From the NCBI GenBank assembly GCA_965279035.1, contig OZ257142.1, positions 2,752,001 to 2,816,000 on the forward strand: a stretch of DNA of 64,000 bases, written 5' to 3'. Made by a program: the position numbers and the translations under genes. This DNA comes from Bacteroidia bacterium (lineage in GTDB: Bacteria; Bacteroidota; Bacteroidia; M30B66). The notes under the pieces are model-generated. The model did not search any database. It saw only the letters and a program-made list of their open reading frames with translations, and was not told the DNA's origin. Below, piece by piece: positions 59,098 through 64,000 of the stretch (position 1 is its first letter; every line of letters begins with the position of its first letter).

Positions 59098-59120
59098 ATT
59101 CGTAATTCGTAATTCGTAAA

Positions 59121-59621
59121 TCACTCCAATCCCTTTTTCTTTCGTTCTGCCCTGATTTCTGCTGCACGTTGTAAAATGATGAGCGAACGTTTTATTCGTA
59201 ATTCAGGATTTTTAGTGGAACATACATAATGTAACAAACTGCGCTTATGTCCCGGATTGAGCGCTTCCCAATTATCTCGTCCGATATCATCTTGCAGCAA
59301 TAATTCCTGCATTTCTTCGGGAAGTTCGTAGCCATATTCGGTCTCATCGGCTTGAATTTTTACCTCAACCTCTTGTCCTAATGCAATGTTGCAACTCTTT
59401 ACCGTCTTCATTCCCATTTGAATGACAAAACCATCCAATCCACGTTTTACAATTCCTGCATGAAACGTAAATCCATTCATGGTACAGAGCACTCGAAAAG
59501 GAAATTTATCGCTTAAAACTGCAGCAATTTCATGTGGAATGATTATAAAATGTAAGGATTGAAAACCGCCGTCTGTCTTATCTACAATCGATTTAAAGGA
59601 ATGAGTTGGGGATGGATGCAT
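59121..59621 (-). CDS. YdeI/OmpD-associated (DUF1905) family protein
   Basis: RVLCTMNG, YGYELPEE, LNPGHKR...K.PELRIKR pattern. Confidence 0.82.
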   Translation of the reverse strand: MHPSPTHSFKSIVDKTDGGFQSLHFIIIPHEIAAVLSDKFPFRVLCTMNGFTFHAGIVKRGLDGFVIQMGMKTVKSCNIALGQEVEVKIQADETEYGYELPEEMQELLLQDDIGRDNWEALNPGHKRSLLHYVCSTKNPELRIKRSLIILQRAAEIRAERKKKGLE

Positions 59622-59661
59622 ATTTCAAACATACATCATTTTCCAAAAAAATGGAAGTTTA

Positions 59662-61416
59662 TTAAAATGTCTTACTCAATCCAAATCGAATTCCCCAGCC
59701 GGAATATTTTTGCTGAATTCCAGTTGATTGATTAAATACAGATTGCAAATTGGTTCTGTACTCGGGACGAATAAACAGGCTTGTTGTAGGACGGAAATAA
59801 TAATGCAAATCTAAGCCTACACGTGCATTCAAAACCCAAGGACGAAAATCATCCATCGAATTTAAATTCCGAAATTCCTTTAATTGATTATCTAAATAAT
59901 AACCACGTTTTTGACTTAAGATTCCAACAGAAATTCCAGTTCGAAGAGCAAGTGTTATTTTCTTTTTCTGAATGAAATCATAATCGAAAATCAAAGGAAT
60001 TTCGATATACGAAAATTGTGTTTTACTATTCACTTTTGCAACATCTGCAGCTACTTTACCAGCAGTTGCAACAGTATCGTAAGTGATTAATGTATCAGAA
60101 CTGTACTGCATTATTTGATGGTCAAACTGATTGCCTTGGATATAATAATTTTGAGTAATTGTAGTACTATCTTGACTAATTGTTGACACCGAATTTACCG
60201 ATGTAATTGTCCCATTTAACCAATTAGAATACTGAATTTTTTCTCCGTATTGATTTAATTCTAAACCGCTCGAAATAGCCCAACGTTTTATTTGGTAACG
60301 AACGCCCACTTGGTATGATGCATAGAGCGCACTTTTTTCTTCGGATTTCCGACGATTTATATATTCCGAGTTTGAATTCGCACTGAGTGTTTTATTCACT
60401 TGAAAAACACCTGCACCCAATTCATAGGAAATTGACGATTTCTTCGCTTTTACAGGATAGGCGCTCAAATTGTCCTTGCTTTGGAGTGTTGTAATGGTAG
60501 TTTCAGTAGGAAGATTCACATCAGAATTCATTTTCCAATTTAACGTAGGAAGATATTCCAGTGCAAATTGATTAGAAGCATTGGCTTTTTGTAGAATTAA
60601 CGTAGTTGAATTACTGATTGAATTTAATTCAGAATTAGCAGTAGAATTATCAATATTTTGAATAGCATTTATTTCCTTTTTGGGAGAAGAAATAGCAGCT
60701 ATTGTAGTTGAAGCATTTGAATTTTGCTCTGAGTAGTTTGAAGACGTTGGAATCGAAACCCGATCGTTATTGATAGATCCAGCTTGCGTTTCCGAAATTG
60801 GCTGAGTTGGATTTCCATTGTTTTCGGTATGTTGTTTTATTAAATTTTTGTGATTCTGTTCAGCTGCATTGCTTGATGCTATTACATCTTCATTCGGAAT
60901 AGTAGAGATCTGTGTTGATTTCTTATTTCCTAAATTATTTTGAACACGGATGCTTTTAGAATCTTTTCCAGAAAGTTCAGTGTGTGTTTGAGTGCTTGAT
61001 GTAGCTTGTATTTTTTCTGAAGGATTTTTTTCTGAAATCAATTTTTCATTGCTGCTACTATTTTCATTACTGACTGGTGTTTGTGAAGAAGTATTTGCAG
61101 AATTAATTAGGGATTGCTTAGAAGAATTTTCTTGTTGATTTGATGATGAATTGGTTGAAGAATTTGATTTAGTTTCGATAGTATTGGTTGAAGCAATGGA
61201 TGTTGATTCGCTATGTAGAGTTGCTTTTTGAGAACTAAATGTAGAATCGGATTGTTGAATAAAATAATAGGCAGTCATGCAGGAAAGCAAAACAATAGCA
61301 ACAGAAATAAATCCGGCTTTTTTACCAAAACCTTTTTTATTCTGAAAATGTTGATCCAGCAATTCCTCGGCTCCTGGCCAGAAATCTTCGATCTTGTAGT
61401 TTTCGTTTTCGCTCAT
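59662..61416 (-). CDS. Putative anti-sigma factor: short cytoplasmic N-terminus, one TM, long S/T/N-rich linker, C-terminal outer-membrane beta-barrel
   Basis: ATGA-coupled to the ECF sigma; barrel motifs YIEIPL, IRPEYR and terminal FGLSKTF. Confidence 0.75.
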   Translation of the reverse strand: MSENENYKIEDFWPGAEELLDQHFQNKKGFGKKAGFISVAIVLLSCMTAYYFIQQSDSTFSSQKATLHSESTSIASTNTIETKSNSSTNSSSNQQENSSKQSLINSANTSSQTPVSNENSSSNEKLISEKNPSEKIQATSSTQTHTELSGKDSKSIRVQNNLGNKKSTQISTIPNEDVIASSNAAEQNHKNLIKQHTENNGNPTQPISETQAGSINNDRVSIPTSSNYSEQNSNASTTIAAISSPKKEINAIQNIDNSTANSELNSISNSTTLILQKANASNQFALEYLPTLNWKMNSDVNLPTETTITTLQSKDNLSAYPVKAKKSSISYELGAGVFQVNKTLSANSNSEYINRRKSEEKSALYASYQVGVRYQIKRWAISSGLELNQYGEKIQYSNWLNGTITSVNSVSTISQDSTTITQNYYIQGNQFDHQIMQYSSDTLITYDTVATAGKVAADVAKVNSKTQFSYIEIPLIFDYDFIQKKKITLALRTGISVGILSQKRGYYLDNQLKEFRNLNSMDDFRPWVLNARVGLDLHYYFRPTTSLFIRPEYRTNLQSVFNQSTGIQQKYSGWGIRFGLSKTF

Positions 61417-61982
61417 GACAAATAGCTTTTTTCATTTCGGAGCATTCCCTGTAATTTGGTTCTTGCTCTAAAAAAATGGACTTTGGAAGTATTGGCTGAT
61501 ATATTTAATAATTCCCCGATCTCTTCGTGTTTATAACCATCAATAGCATATAAATTAAAAACAGCCTTACTCATTGCTGGCAAACTGTCGATCGCTCGTT
61601 GAATAATGGCTAGATTCTCTTTCCATTCCGATTGATCGTCGGCATATTCTGTATTGTTCTTTAATATTTCTTGTTCTTCTTGCAAATCGATGTTTTCACG
61701 ATAGTTTTTATTTCTTCGGAATTCATCAATAATGTGATTTACTGCGATGCGTTTCATCCAATGATAAAAAACCAATTCGTCGTATTTCTGAATAATTGTT
61801 TCCATCGATTGAATGAGCTTTAAAAAACTCATATTAACTGCTGATTTTAATTCATCTTCGTTTTTATAATAGCGTCGACAAATCTGAATCAGGTCTTTAA
61901 AACACCACTCATACAAAGCATAATGAGCCTTCCGGTCATTGCCCTTGCATTGCTTTAAAAGGGAGAGTGGTGGATTTTCCAT
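61413..61982 (-). CDS. ECF RNA polymerase sigma factor
   Basis: Region 2 FYHWMKRIAVNHIIDEFRR; region 4 LP...VFNLYAIDGYKHEEIGELLNIS..TSK....RAR. Start ATG 61982. Confidence 0.94.
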   Translation of the reverse strand: MENPPLSLLKQCKGNDRKAHYALYEWCFKDLIQICRRYYKNEDELKSAVNMSFLKLIQSMETIIQKYDELVFYHWMKRIAVNHIIDEFRRNKNYRENIDLQEEQEILKNNTEYADDQSEWKENLAIIQRAIDSLPAMSKAVFNLYAIDGYKHEEIGELLNISANTSKVHFFRARTKLQGMLRNEKSYLS

Positions 61983-61984
61983 TG

Positions 61985-62018
61985 AAAAAAAAGCTCCCCG
62001 CCACACCGACGGAGAGCT
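61985..62018 (-). terminator. Intrinsic terminator between the PKD gene and the ECF sigma gene
   Basis: Minus strand AGCTCTCCGTC-GGTGT-GGCGGGGAGCT then a U-run; G-U pairs valid only on the minus strand. Confidence 0.8.
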
Positions 62019-62032
62019 ATGAAAGAGAACAA

Positions 62033-63448
62033 TTATTTCTTCACTATTTTCTGTACTTGACGATCGCCTTTTGCATCAGTCAAAGTCAATACATAAACAC
62101 CTTGACTTAAATCAGAAGTATTCAATGTTTGAGTTGTTCCGTTGATTGAACCAGCTTGAACACGTTTGCCATCTACTGAGAAAATCGTATAGGTTTTGAA
62201 ATCTTTTCCAGCTGTGTTGATATTCACAACATCATTGAATGGATTAGGATATACACTGAAAGTGCTTGTTGCATTTTCTTCAATTCCTAAAACATATCCT
62301 GTAATCGTTTGCGGACTTTGAACGTTGATTGTGAAACCTGGTGATCTCAAACGTCCTCCAAGAATTCCATTTGAACCAACAATAATTGAATCGCAATAAG
62401 AAGCAGAACAATTACCATTGCTAATTTCTACGCATAGAACAAAGCTACCTGTGCTATCAACAACAATCGAAGGGAAAGCACCACTTGAAGTAATTGAGAA
62501 TATTCCAGAAGAAACAGTCCAAGTGAAATCTAAGTTATTTCCTGTAGATGCATTTACTACGTTCACTTCATATGGATTGTCTTGCGAAATAATAAATCCA
62601 GCATAGCAAGATGAATCAGCAGGAACTGGATTGCTTTCAGGAATAAATACACTTTGACATGAATTATCAGAGCAAGAACCATCAGCATATGTTAAACATA
62701 CATTGTATGTTCCTGAAGTAGCATATTGGTGATATGGATATACTTCGCCTGATACAGAACCATCACCAAAATCCCAAGAAAAGGTAGAAGTGTTCGCCAT
62801 TGTATAACCTGTTGGAATGAAGTATCCAACTAATGCTGAAGTAGAAGCCCAGAAATCGGCACTGCACGTTGGAGTTACTGTAGTATCTCCCGGAATAAAG
62901 ATGTCTAAACAGCTATTACAAGTAAAACCACCACCCGTAATATTCATACATACGGTATGCATACCTGGACTGTTGAATGTTTGAGAAACTTGAAATCCAG
63001 ATGTTGTAGTAGTTCCATTATCGAATGTCCAAGTTGGAGCATAATTAGCTCCTTGAACGTAAAATACATACGTATAAGGATCGGCAGGTGAAGGATCAAA
63101 TGAAATAGGACAACTTGGATTATTAGATGAATCAACCGTTACTGTTACATTTTGTGAACTTGTACAGTATAAAGATGAATCTGAATTATTGTAAATATAT
63201 AAGCTTACAACATCAACCATGGATTGGCTGTATTGATATTGAGCATAAATACCATTACTAACTACAGATCCATTGTTAAGTGTCCATTGATACGAGTAAG
63301 CCAAAGAATCAGCCGAAGGAGGATCGGCAGAGAAATAATACGTTCCGGTAGTTGAATCACCAGAGTAAGTAAAGCTGCACAAGAACTGCGCATTGAGTAA
63401 TGTGCTCGATAAAACGATGCCCATTACAAGAGTCAGGAATTTTTTCAT
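62033..63448 (-). CDS. Cys-rich PKD-domain T9SS type A cargo
   Basis: WTFDNG and WDFGDG PKD motifs, G.Y.VCL repeats, CTD VYPNPF...GVYVL...KIVKK. Start ATG 63448. Confidence 0.9.
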   Translation of the reverse strand: MKKFLTLVMGIVLSSTLLNAQFLCSFTYSGDSTTGTYYFSADPPSADSLAYSYQWTLNNGSVVSNGIYAQYQYSQSMVDVVSLYIYNNSDSSLYCTSSQNVTVTVDSSNNPSCPISFDPSPADPYTYVFYVQGANYAPTWTFDNGTTTTSGFQVSQTFNSPGMHTVCMNITGGGFTCNSCLDIFIPGDTTVTPTCSADFWASTSALVGYFIPTGYTMANTSTFSWDFGDGSVSGEVYPYHQYATSGTYNVCLTYADGSCSDNSCQSVFIPESNPVPADSSCYAGFIISQDNPYEVNVVNASTGNNLDFTWTVSSGIFSITSSGAFPSIVVDSTGSFVLCVEISNGNCSASYCDSIIVGSNGILGGRLRSPGFTINVQSPQTITGYVLGIEENATSTFSVYPNPFNDVVNINTAGKDFKTYTIFSVDGKRVQAGSINGTTQTLNTSDLSQGVYVLTLTDAKGDRQVQKIVKK

Positions 63449-63573
63449 GTTTATAGTTTTAGACGTTTCTAAACCCAATCACGTCTTGAATTAAAAAAGG
63501 GTTTACACGCAAAACTACAAAACAATCTAACTTATCCCATTGCACTCATTTTCAGGGATATAATTTTAAAAAT

Positions 63574-64000
63574 TTATTCTGTTACCGTAACTGCACCGAT
63601 ATGATCGTTTCCGTTTCCGAGTTTGTCGTAATAGCGGATTTTACACACATACGTATCCACTGGAACGGCTTTTCCATTGATTGTTCCATCCCAGCCTTTT
63701 TCCCAACTATCGGAATAAAATACCAGATTTCCCCAACGATCGTAAATCCGCATTTCAAAACCTGTAGGTGCCATACCCGTTGATTTTGGTAAGAACACAT
63801 CATTCAATCCATCGGTATTGCCCGGTGTAAAAGCCTTTGGAATATAAAACGCTGTAAAGCCACCAATATGGACAGTTTGAATAGCATCATCCATACAACC
63901 AAATTCGTTTTGAACTTGCAAACGCACTTCGAATGTTCCAGTATCTTGATATGTAAATGCCGTATTATTCAACATCACCGAACTCTGCGAAGGATCTCCA
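63574..64000 (-). CDS. Partial (C-terminus) PKD protein with T9SS type B (gliding-motility CHU_C) domain
   Basis: YIPKAFTPG..DGLNDVF, IYDRWG, WDGT, TYV. Confidence 0.88.
   Translation of the reverse strand, partial: GDPSQSSVMLNNTAFTYQDTGTFEVRLQVQNEFGCMDDAIQTVHIGGFTAFYIPKAFTPGNTDGLNDVFLPKSTGMAPTGFEMRIYDRWGNLVFYSDSWEKGWDGTINGKAVPVDTYVCKIRYYDKLGNGNDHIGAVTVTE

Noticed and set aside
573-63803. Numerous 60-140 aa ORFs antisense to or nested in confident genes
   Set aside because: Shadow ORFs with no motifs, fully overlapping well-supported CDSs

Overview
AT-rich, densely coded chromosomal window from a Bacteroidota genome. The lineage is supported by TAnnTTTG -7 promoters, T9SS C-terminal domains, a PUR/DUF3276 protein and the parA-parB-DUF5683-dapB-lepB operon. 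Most genes are housekeeping or envelope genes: pbpC, an ABC1 kinase, a TonB-dependent receptor, GH20, udk, ribBA, lptF, recQ, mpg and rpe. There is one intact IS4-family element (57703-59097, 18-bp TIRs, 9-bp TSD) inserted in a heptamer-repeat tract. I saw no rRNA, tRNA, CRISPR array, prophage or recognisable defence island. The most interesting signals are: (1) four dispersed, covarying copies of a Flavo-1-like structured element; (2) a free-standing NUMOD4/HNH endonuclease-like protein with a long coiled-coil insert, an altered active site and a three-hairpin leader; (3) an ECF sigma factor with an envelope-spanning beta-barrel anti-sigma candidate, downstream of a T9SS PKD gene whose leader has a pseudoknot-like or ECF-promoter arrangement; (4) about eight apparently leaderless genes; (5) several REP-like repeat families nested in one another. 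All calls are from motif recognition by eye; no searches were run. Several start codons were moved downstream of the ORF-track start where promoter position or signal peptide supported it.
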